A stretch of DNA of 49,591 nt. Source: a virus. Lineage: Duplodnaviria > Caudoviricetes. The notes below the pieces were generated by a model that was given only the letters and a program-made list of their open reading frames with translations, was not told where the DNA came from and searched no databases. Every line of letters starts with the position of its first letter. The stretch's first letter is position 1. This document shows, in pieces, positions 8,296 through 16,623 of the stretch. The translations under genes were made by a program, and so were the position numbers. The stretch is from positions 1 to 49,591 of the IMG/VR virus record IMGVR_UViG_3300020403_000017; one strand, 5' to 3'.

Positions 8296-9339
8296 TCATA
8301 TAATTTTTACTATTCTCACGGGAATATCTATTGAATAACCTGTTGTGACACCGACAACATTAATCGTTGTGTCAATGTATTTATAAGAAGGTATGGTTGT
8401 ACCTGTCTTAACAGTAATTGTCTTTGTGCCATCGACCGATGAACCCAACTCATCAAATAATGCTGTTGACTGCCTGATGTGGTTTGACGTTCTTGGGTAT
8501 ATTCTCAATATAGAACCAAGAGGCCCAGGAAAAGCTTCGTTTACTTCAGCCTGCGTCAATGCGTTGGTATCTGTTAAGATCGTGTTTCTCTGTCTAGAAT
8601 CCTTTATAACTGTCCCAGTTCCTGGGCGGCCTTCAACAAAATTTGTACCGTCACCAGCTGCGACATAATATGAAGCTACGCCGTCATCATCTACAAACTG
8701 ATTTGCATGAGATAGCGTACTTGCTGGACCGCCTTTGTCTTGCGTCACTTGATGCAAGCGAAGCAGTCTGTGGTCCATCTTGATGAGGTAAGCTGTTTCT
8801 TCAAGATCCTGCGAGATCTCAGACTGAAATGAAATTCCACTGTCAGTTGTGTCAATACCCTGATCAATTGCGATGTGGCTAGTTCCGTCAGAGTAAATGT
8901 TGCTATCCTCACCTCTTAGTATACCAGCGTTAAGGTTACTAATTCTCTTACCTGATCCGCTTTGCTCAGTGTTGGTGTCCGCTAACAACAAGTAACCTCC
9001 TGCAAAAGTAGATGCGTCGGTGGCTGTGTTATTTTCTGAGTTGTCATTCAACTTGAAGATCGGCATGTACAGTATATTATTTCTGTTGATTGTAACTAAC
9101 TTGCTCTTCATCAAGGACGTATTGTTTGTGAATGCTTCTAAGATTGGGGTCTGCATGATGTCTAGGTCATAGAAAGCAGAACCGCTGGCGTGTGAAGCGT
9201 TAAATGTGGTGTAGTTTATCTCTTCATCACCAAAAGCAAACTTTGTAATCTTGAAATTTCCTCTTGCCATTCTTTGGCGGCCGGCATCGGTCAATACTGC
9301 GTCCAGTATGATATCGCCGGAATTATCTAAAAAAGCCAT
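8296..9339 (-). CDS. Virion structural protein (N-terminal tail-fibre-collar-like motif)
   Basis: N-terminus DAVLTDAGRQRMARGNFKITKFAFGDEEINY; GGGAG RBS. Confidence 0.6.
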   Translation of the reverse strand: MAFLDNSGDIILDAVLTDAGRQRMARGNFKITKFAFGDEEINYTTFNASHASGSAFYDLDIMQTPILEAFTNNTSLMKSKLVTINRNNILYMPIFKLNDNSENNTATDASTFAGGYLLLADTNTEQSGSGKRISNLNAGILRGEDSNIYSDGTSHIAIDQGIDTTDSGISFQSEISQDLEETAYLIKMDHRLLRLHQVTQDKGGPASTLSHANQFVDDDGVASYYVAAGDGTNFVEGRPGTGTVIKDSRQRNTILTDTNALTQAEVNEAFPGPLGSILRIYPRTSNHIRQSTALFDELGSSVDGTKTITVKTGTTIPSYKYIDTTINVVGVTTGYSIDIPVRIVKII

Positions 9340-9373
9340 TAATAAACTCCCTTTTAATATTAAAAATCACTAA

Positions 9374-9381
9374 TAAATAGT
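9374..9381 (-). promoter_or_regulatory. ACTATTTA motif (candidate late promoter)
   Basis: In the AT-rich 9340-9415 gap, about 35 nt before the ATG at 9339. Confidence 0.5.
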
Positions 9382-9415
9382 ATTTTACTTTAAATAATCC
9401 TTTTATATTTCACTT

Positions 9416-12400
9416 TCACTCTTCAATGGTGTGGCTCGATTTCTTTTTCTTAAATACCACATTTACATCAAATTTTTTACTACTAGTTTTCGATTTGAAA
9501 CGAATTTTAAAATTCTTATCCCAAACCGAATCTTCTTCGGGCATCTTTCCTATGTCAACCTTGTCGTTAGTAGGGCTAGAAAGTTGGAACTTTTTCGTAT
9601 CTATAATACTCTTAAGACCCAGTTCCCTTCTTAGATTCCTCAATGAAGATGCACTTGGATCCCCTTCTGCTTCTTCAGCCTCTTGTATCGCTCTCTCAAA
9701 GTTCATCATCCTTTGGTCCATGCTCGGAGAGATCTTAATCATACGGTCGAAAGCCAGTTCAAACTTCTTGGGCTTCTTATACATTTCGTACGGGTCTAGT
9801 TCCATGAAGATACCATTCTGATAACTTACCATGCGAACGCGGAAAACTCTCGTTGGGTTTGACATGCCTGCTGCGTCGTACACCCTGAAAGTGTAATAGT
9901 AGTATTTGTTCGGTTCGATATCAACTTTACAAAAGGCTGTCTTACCTATAGCTGGTTTCCTAACTCTTAAGGCACTAGGGTGTGAGAAGTCTGCATATTC
10001 CTCTGGTTCAAAATCAATTCTGATTAACTCAAACTCTGTTGGCAGACTATCTGATTTGTACAGTATCTTCTCTCCTTGTCTTATACCCTGTGTTCTGTAA
10101 GTATTCCTTATGGTTATTTCATCTTCCGGAAATATAGCCACTGGAGTTTGTAGTATCTCTCCATAGTTTGCCTGCAATAACATAGCGTGCATATTGTCTA
10201 TGCCCTGGTATGGTAGAAAACTAACTTGCGGTGATATAGGGGGCTTATCTAAAACCGAGACGGACTTTTCAAAATAAGGAGCATATACCAAGGATAATTT
10301 TCTTTGTGAGAATACAGCCAGCTGAAACGCGCTGCTGCCGGCTCTAGGCACTTCGTAATCTCTTTCTGCGGCGCCTTGCGGTATAGACCAATAAAATTTA
10401 GAATTCGTCCGGTCGTAATGGTACTCAGTACCTACAACCAGATTTATAGTTTGTATCTTATAGTTGTATCTTCGCCCGGGGATTACCTGATTGTCGAGAA
10501 AATTTATTTCATTACTATCGTTATACATAAAGAAGAACTCTTGGATCTTTGTTTCCTTTGAAGTAAACTCATCCACTAAAAACTTTTCAACTCTATATCC
10601 TATAACCTCCGAGTATGCTTTATGGCCATGCATTATGTCTGCCAAGGTTCTATCAAACCCTTCTTTATCGATTATTGTATTTAGTAGCTCCAAACAAAGT
10701 AAGCTGTTAGGTACCTCGTCCCGGACTGCATTCTGGATGTTTTCCGCTTCCGGGAACACTAAAGGGAATTCTGAGAAAGGCCTAGGCCACAACAGGGCGT
10801 GTAAATCGGGCTCGAGTGGCATTTTCAGAAGTGTCTTTACGTTTGTGAGCATCTTCTCTTTTACATTTCTAACGACCTTGTCGTTTACTGTCTGTTCTAC
10901 GATCTCTCCTTCGTCTGGTGCAATGAATTGATCATCTAGCACTTTCGCGAACTTCTTGCTAGTAAACTTCATTCCTTGTGGCCAATGAGGGGTCTCGCGT
11001 AGGGCTTCAAATGGGGCAAATGGGCTTAACGCTTGCATCATTATAATATCGGCTGACTGTTTGTATATAGCTTTTGCTAGTTCTCCGGGCTTATTGCCGG
11101 CGATGCTTATCTCTACATAATTTGTTAATCCGGGTTGCATCACCTCGTTCACTTCAGATAACAGGTCTTCGCATACGCTGTGTGGAAATTTATAAACAGG
11201 ACTAGAAGTGAACCCTTCCCAACTTGTGTCAGATTCATAGTCTGCTACAACATTTAGTCCATATTCATAATATTCTGCAATCTCAGGCTTGGGATCCTCA
11301 CCAGGATCTAATTGGCCCACGCCGTACTCATTCTTTGAGAGATAGTAATGATATACGCTCGGGATTTTCAACTCATCATCGATATGCGGCCTGAAGCCTA
11401 CATCATTTGCAGTAACCTCAACATTCGCTGTGCAAGTTGGGCTGATTGTTATATTGTCTATCTCGTTTTGAAAAAAGGCAGCTGGTGCGTCAAACACATA
11501 ATCATCAAATACCTCTCCGAATATTAGATTTGGGCCCTGGTAGGTGTGACGAACATCTGGATTGTCATTCCACCAATCGCGGGATCGTTCTGAGATCTCG
11601 TCTGTCCAAACTGCAGATCCCGCCCCTCGCATGAATATATCATACAAATGAGTTGGGGCAGTCATTATGTTAAAATGCTCAGAAATAACTTCTCGGTCGA
11701 GGGGCCCATTTTTGAAAAATTCAAAAGGAAGCATTTCAAAGGCTCTTACGGAAAGATCTCGATTATCTCGAGCGATACCTTGAAGGATATCCTCATTTGT
11801 TGTAATCCAATAGTTATTAGGGTTTGCCCCGGGGCCTGCATTATCAGGATGAATGCCTCCGAGAAATTTTACAGGTATTAACATACTAGGCGGTGGCAAC
11901 ACTGGCGAAACTAGTGATGGCGTGTTATCCCCGGGAAAACCCGGCATCGTCGCTGGCGCTGAGCGTGCACCGCGAAAGTCAGGGCTTCTTGGGTCTGAAA
12001 TTGGGCTAAATAGAAGCTTTTCAGATTGTCCGTCAAAATACCAAAAATTCATAAGAGCTAAGCGAAAAGGATCTACGGCGCTGATAATTCTGTCCTCTCC
12101 TGCTTCGTTTTGGTATATTTTTTGCCCTATCCAAGCTGCTTGGGTATTTACCCTTCTGGGAATAATTGTAGCTAGAGTCTCCGTGTTTGGTTCAAAATAA
12201 GTGTCTTCATCAATAGTTGTTAGATCTCTTGTGGCACTTTGGTACTCTATGGCCGCGACACTTACCACAGGGCGGTCTTCGTTTGCTGCAGATCTATTTG
12301 GGCTGAAAATGTCTTCCGGATAAAGCCTTGCGGGAGCCGGAGGTTGAAGGTTTTCGAGATCGATATCTGGTGCCGGCATAAAGTTAGGGACACACATACC

Positions 12401-12496
12401 AAAGGCACCGCGAAAGAACCCCGGGGGACAGTCCGGGAGTGGTGCTGGTCTGGCTTCCTCTCTTTCTTCACATGGATTTTCTATTCTATCAGTCAT
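9416..12496 (-). CDS. Large structural protein with fibronectin type III-like domains
   Basis: IGYRVEK..FLDNQVIPGRRYNYKIQT and DIEPNKYYYYTFRVYDAAGMSNP match FN3 strand patterns; Pro/Cys-rich N-terminus. Confidence 0.6.
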   Translation of the reverse strand: MTDRIENPCEEREEARPAPLPDCPPGFFRGAFGMCVPNFMPAPDIDLENLQPPAPARLYPEDIFSPNRSAANEDRPVVSVAAIEYQSATRDLTTIDEDTYFEPNTETLATIIPRRVNTQAAWIGQKIYQNEAGEDRIISAVDPFRLALMNFWYFDGQSEKLLFSPISDPRSPDFRGARSAPATMPGFPGDNTPSLVSPVLPPPSMLIPVKFLGGIHPDNAGPGANPNNYWITTNEDILQGIARDNRDLSVRAFEMLPFEFFKNGPLDREVISEHFNIMTAPTHLYDIFMRGAGSAVWTDEISERSRDWWNDNPDVRHTYQGPNLIFGEVFDDYVFDAPAAFFQNEIDNITISPTCTANVEVTANDVGFRPHIDDELKIPSVYHYYLSKNEYGVGQLDPGEDPKPEIAEYYEYGLNVVADYESDTSWEGFTSSPVYKFPHSVCEDLLSEVNEVMQPGLTNYVEISIAGNKPGELAKAIYKQSADIIMMQALSPFAPFEALRETPHWPQGMKFTSKKFAKVLDDQFIAPDEGEIVEQTVNDKVVRNVKEKMLTNVKTLLKMPLEPDLHALLWPRPFSEFPLVFPEAENIQNAVRDEVPNSLLCLELLNTIIDKEGFDRTLADIMHGHKAYSEVIGYRVEKFLVDEFTSKETKIQEFFFMYNDSNEINFLDNQVIPGRRYNYKIQTINLVVGTEYHYDRTNSKFYWSIPQGAAERDYEVPRAGSSAFQLAVFSQRKLSLVYAPYFEKSVSVLDKPPISPQVSFLPYQGIDNMHAMLLQANYGEILQTPVAIFPEDEITIRNTYRTQGIRQGEKILYKSDSLPTEFELIRIDFEPEEYADFSHPSALRVRKPAIGKTAFCKVDIEPNKYYYYTFRVYDAAGMSNPTRVFRVRMVSYQNGIFMELDPYEMYKKPKKFELAFDRMIKISPSMDQRMMNFERAIQEAEEAEGDPSASSLRNLRRELGLKSIIDTKKFQLSSPTNDKVDIGKMPEEDSVWDKNFKIRFKSKTSSKKFDVNVVFKKKKSSHTIEE

Positions 12497-12518
12497 AAGT
12501 GTTACCTTGAAGTTTTAT

Positions 12519-12526
12519 TAATTAGT
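12519..12526 (-). promoter_or_regulatory. ACTAATTA motif variant (candidate late promoter)
   Basis: In the 37-nt gap, about 23 nt before the ATG at 12496. Confidence 0.4.
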
Positions 12527-12533
12527 TGCCTTA

Positions 12534-15500
12534 TTAATAACCTCCGCTGCCGCCTCCTGTAGTTGAGCTGATTGTTTGACTAGTTGTAGTCGTAGAAGTT
12601 GTTCCTCCACCCCTAACACTTGATGCTCTTTGTGATGTGACATTTCGTGAAGAAGTCTGTTTAGTGATTAGTTTAACATTATTCACCGGGATGGCGCCAT
12701 CAAGAGAATTGCCAATCTTCTTATATATAACAATGCCGAGATCTCCCCCATTTGTAGTTGGGATAAGCCCCTCTTCTTTGCTTATAGTGTGAGGGCTGTA
12801 GTTTGCTTTCTTGAGGCTTGTTGTTAAATCTTTAGCCTCATCTTTTCTTTTTTGCTTTTCTTGTTTGACGTTTTTACCATCCTTGACCTTGTCTTTATAG
12901 GAAAGTTTTTTCTTCTTATTTTTCATCATTTTGTGGGCTGCCATAGTTGACTTCACAACATCATAAGTTTCTGCGAGCGCTTCCTTCTTAAAATACAAGT
13001 CTTTATATTCTTTTTCGACTTCGTCTACAAAACGAGAAGCTTTATCTGTCGTTATAATGGATTCCAATATAGAAGATTGGATATTTTTAGATATAAACTT
13101 TTCTTTTTCTTTTTCTTTGTTGTCGATCTGTGAAGTGTTAGTAAAGCTGGCCTTCGTGACAAGTCCCTCGAAAGAGGAGTTCCCATACTGACTTAAAATA
13201 TTATTTAGTTCTGTAAGCTCGTCTCCTATTGTTCTTTCTTTTTCTCCAACTATTGGGCCCGTTTTAGCTTTTTCTATTGCTGCTTCAACTTTTGAAGATG
13301 CCCTAGCAAGATCTTTGTCTCCTCTTGAGCCGTCGACGCCAACTACTAGTTGCTTCTCAAAGTTCTTTCGAAGTAATTGAGATGGATCTAAGCTAGTATT
13401 GTCTTGTGCTGAAGCTGGTTTTGAGGTCAGTGCGAAAAACGAAGCTGCTCGAACAGGCTTCAAATCTAGTGTCCTTGTCTTAGAGGCTCCGGAGCGCGCC
13501 AGGGCCATCATATCTGACCGTGCGGTACCGGCGAGTTCAACAAAAAGAGAATTCTTGTGTACAGCCTTTATTATTATATTTGCTGATCCTCTTAGTTTTA
13601 TCATATTATTAGGTAGCTTGTATTCTCCGGATACTCGACGTTTGTTACTCCCAAGATTCATAGTATCTCTCACTCCTACAGCGGAGAAACTAATCAACGC
13701 CTGAGCCCTATTTTCAAGCTCTAAACACAAATCTAAAAATCTTCCTAAAATTTCCAGACTAGTGCTGGTTGCCAAGAGTGCATTTTTCATTTCTAATTTT
13801 CGAGATTCTGTAAATTGGCTCCGACCTGTCAAGATATAGTACATATCGATGTATGCATCCACAATGTCGTCTGTTCTCTTGCGAAGACTTAAAGATCTTC
13901 TTACGAACTTTTCGGTAAATGTATTATTGACATAATCATAGTTACCCACATGACCCATTGCTAATCTTTCCTTTTGGTCAGCCTCTGTGTCTGCAAACTG
14001 GTTCTTGTTGTAGTAGTTTGATTGTTCTGGTGATAAGTATGGCTGTTCCGCTTCACGTACATACTCCGAAAATGATCTTATGGCTTTTGATAGTTGTTCT
14101 GTCTTTTCTTTCAAAAAGGCGTAGATCCCATCCTCCATAAGCAACTCTATCACATATTCATAATTACCAGTGTCATGCCTTTCAAAAAGATCATAATCTT
14201 TTATAATAATAGTCTTCTGTAATGATCCGTGATCCGGATTGTGTTCAAACATCTCTGCCATAGAGTTTCTTGATCTTGCTATTATTGCATCAGTGGCTGT
14301 GTCAACATCTGATTGTGATTTAATTACAAATTCCTCTACCTCATCCTTGTCATAAACCTCATACACCGCGGTGGATACTGAATTGTTTCCAACTGGAAAG
14401 TTTGTCACTCTTCTGCGAAACACCTCCAAGCTACCAATCTTAGAGTTAGATGACATTGCTCTTACGGCTTCTTTACTTTCTGGGTTTTGAGATGCAAGAT
14501 TTACGTGCATATCTAAAAGATAACCAAACCTAGAGTTGCCTGATAGTATATCTCCTAATTTTAACATTAGCATGCTGGCATGTGCACCAGTGGATCCTTC
14601 GGTCTCTATCCAAGAAAGGTCTGTTGGGTCGACATTAGTGTTTGTTATGTTCAGTTTTCCTCTTTTCAAAGAGGTTGTCACCAGTTGCTTAAGTTTGTTT
14701 TGCTTCTCTCTTTTTCTTTCTGCAGCGGTGAGCGCTGTCGAAATACCATGACCAGTTTGCGAATTCAAAACCTGGACTATAGAATCACCAAATAGAGCAA
14801 AACCTGGATCGGACTTCTCAAGTTCTGGTGTGTTTACTGCACTTGCGCCGGCGCCTTGTTCTGTCAAGGACATACCTGTTGGGTTTAGTGCTCTCTCCAT
14901 GTAAACATTTGATGTAACCTTGTCGTTAGGTATAGCCCGGGGTGTTAGCCTTGGTCGATCTGCCATATCTCCACCAGGAGCACCGGCCATCCAGCCTACA
15001 TAACCATCAGGGCCCGGGTTGAGTGAACTGTGATAATGTGTTTTTCCAGAATATATTGTACCGTCTTCTCGGAAAAAAGCTCTTTTGTTTTGAGGTGGTA
15101 TAAAATCCCCTGTCACACCATCGGTTGCTGGTTTGCGTTCTAGACACTTCTCATACAACAAAGGGCCTCCAATGTTTTCTATGCCAGAAAAACTTTTCAA
15201 TTTAAAGTCTTCTTTCATTTTCCTCAAATCTAGTTGTGAAAATGCCATCACAACTAAATCCCCAAGTTCATTGCTTAGTGCGCCATTAACGAGTTGAATT
15301 GTTGTTCTAAACGGAATGTCTCGAGGGGAAGTGTTTGACTTTTTTTCAAGATTTGACTTGTCCATTGGATTCTGATCAAACTCAATTCCCTGCAAAACGT
15401 CTGCTATCGACAGCTTAGTATAGCCCTTAAAGTTATATGGGTTAAGTTCTGAATTTTCTTTTTCTTTGTTTGGTCCCAGAACCATTTCCCACGATGCGAT

Positions 15501-15779
15501 ATCTATATTCGACTTCAAATTCGCCGATGCAATTATGTTTTTAATCCTATTGTCTGGATAATAAAAACTAGAAAGGGCCCCGGTATTCACCTTTGGGCCT
15601 GCAACAAAATAGAAACTCACATATTGAGAGTATTTTGACCCCTTTGCCAAGTCTGTATAGGTTGCTCCGGGTGGGATACGCAAAACACAAGAGATATCTA
15701 TTGCCGCTTCAGTTACAGCTAGTTTTGTTATAAAAAATTCAGGTATTATGCTTGTATTTTTTCGAGTGTATTCTGACAT
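12534..15779 (-). CDS. Large hypothetical (probably virion) protein
   Basis: 1081-aa ORF within the structural block. Contains a DGTIYSGKTHYH..GWMAG module, a Lys-rich late region and a Ser/Thr/Gly tail ending GGGSGGY. Confidence 0.6.
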   Translation of the reverse strand: MSEYTRKNTSIIPEFFITKLAVTEAAIDISCVLRIPPGATYTDLAKGSKYSQYVSFYFVAGPKVNTGALSSFYYPDNRIKNIIASANLKSNIDIASWEMVLGPNKEKENSELNPYNFKGYTKLSIADVLQGIEFDQNPMDKSNLEKKSNTSPRDIPFRTTIQLVNGALSNELGDLVVMAFSQLDLRKMKEDFKLKSFSGIENIGGPLLYEKCLERKPATDGVTGDFIPPQNKRAFFREDGTIYSGKTHYHSSLNPGPDGYVGWMAGAPGGDMADRPRLTPRAIPNDKVTSNVYMERALNPTGMSLTEQGAGASAVNTPELEKSDPGFALFGDSIVQVLNSQTGHGISTALTAAERKREKQNKLKQLVTTSLKRGKLNITNTNVDPTDLSWIETEGSTGAHASMLMLKLGDILSGNSRFGYLLDMHVNLASQNPESKEAVRAMSSNSKIGSLEVFRRRVTNFPVGNNSVSTAVYEVYDKDEVEEFVIKSQSDVDTATDAIIARSRNSMAEMFEHNPDHGSLQKTIIIKDYDLFERHDTGNYEYVIELLMEDGIYAFLKEKTEQLSKAIRSFSEYVREAEQPYLSPEQSNYYNKNQFADTEADQKERLAMGHVGNYDYVNNTFTEKFVRRSLSLRKRTDDIVDAYIDMYYILTGRSQFTESRKLEMKNALLATSTSLEILGRFLDLCLELENRAQALISFSAVGVRDTMNLGSNKRRVSGEYKLPNNMIKLRGSANIIIKAVHKNSLFVELAGTARSDMMALARSGASKTRTLDLKPVRAASFFALTSKPASAQDNTSLDPSQLLRKNFEKQLVVGVDGSRGDKDLARASSKVEAAIEKAKTGPIVGEKERTIGDELTELNNILSQYGNSSFEGLVTKASFTNTSQIDNKEKEKEKFISKNIQSSILESIITTDKASRFVDEVEKEYKDLYFKKEALAETYDVVKSTMAAHKMMKNKKKKLSYKDKVKDGKNVKQEKQKRKDEAKDLTTSLKKANYSPHTISKEEGLIPTTNGGDLGIVIYKKIGNSLDGAIPVNNVKLITKQTSSRNVTSQRASSVRGGGTTSTTTTSQTISSTTGGGSGGY

Positions 15780-15784
15780 TTGTT

Positions 15785-16609
15785 TTAGTTTCCGTCTCTC
15801 CTAAATCTATCATCGCGAACATCTGAGGGTGATTGTTGCTCCACTTCTTCATCTACCTTTATTTCGAAATACTTCTTAACCTCTTCTTCGTTTTCTAATC
15901 GAATTAGGTCTCCCTTCTCATCAACCTCGTAAATCTCTATCTCAAAATTCTCTCGGAATGCGTCGACGTTAAACTCTTCAATATCAATTATGATGTTCTC
16001 TTCTTTTATCTCTAGAGAAGACTTATCTAAGAACTCTACTTTGTTCGACAACAGATCCATGTAACTTTGGAACTCCAGTACATCGTCCGGAACGTCGATG
16101 GTCTTTGTCCTATCTTCGACTAGTTCATAAGAAGAAGTAATAGTCAACTGAGGTATTTTATAACTTATACCTTTCACTTCTACATTGTTCTCTGTGTTTG
16201 ATAAGACAGCGTCCATAACATTGATACTAAACAGTGGCGTCTTTTGATTGTTCACTTGACTGTTGCCGAGAGGGTACTTTAAGATCTTGTCGGCTAGCAT
16301 TGGGTCTTGCCTTCTTTTAATCTCCATTAGACGGTCCATATCGCCTTCAGAGATCAAGTTTTCATTAAAGTCATACCTAGCCTCTACTCCGGTGACCAAA
16401 TGCTGTGTACGAGGTCGTTGTGCTTCTTCTATTCTTTCTTCTATCCTCTTCTGTTTCTCGTCTAGTTCTCCGGATTCTGAATTATACATTATGCCGTCAT
16501 CGAAAAACATATAGAAAACTGGCTTAAAGTGGCCTCTTGCTAGTAGGTTTTTGCCAAATTGCGTTAATTTGATATCGATTACATCTTGTTTCTTGTTGAA
16601 AAAAGTCAT
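15785..16609 (-). CDS. Structural protein, N-terminal paralogue of 8296..9339
   Basis: MTFFNKKQDVIDIKLTQFGKNLLARGHFKPVFYMFFDDGIMY parallels MAFLDNSGDIILDAVLTDAGRQRMARGNFKITKFAFGDEEINY. Confidence 0.6.
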   Translation of the reverse strand: MTFFNKKQDVIDIKLTQFGKNLLARGHFKPVFYMFFDDGIMYNSESGELDEKQKRIEERIEEAQRPRTQHLVTGVEARYDFNENLISEGDMDRLMEIKRRQDPMLADKILKYPLGNSQVNNQKTPLFSINVMDAVLSNTENNVEVKGISYKIPQLTITSSYELVEDRTKTIDVPDDVLEFQSYMDLLSNKVEFLDKSSLEIKEENIIIDIEEFNVDAFRENFEIEIYEVDEKGDLIRLENEEEVKKYFEIKVDEEVEQQSPSDVRDDRFRRDGN

Positions 16610-16623
16610 TATACTAGCCCCGA

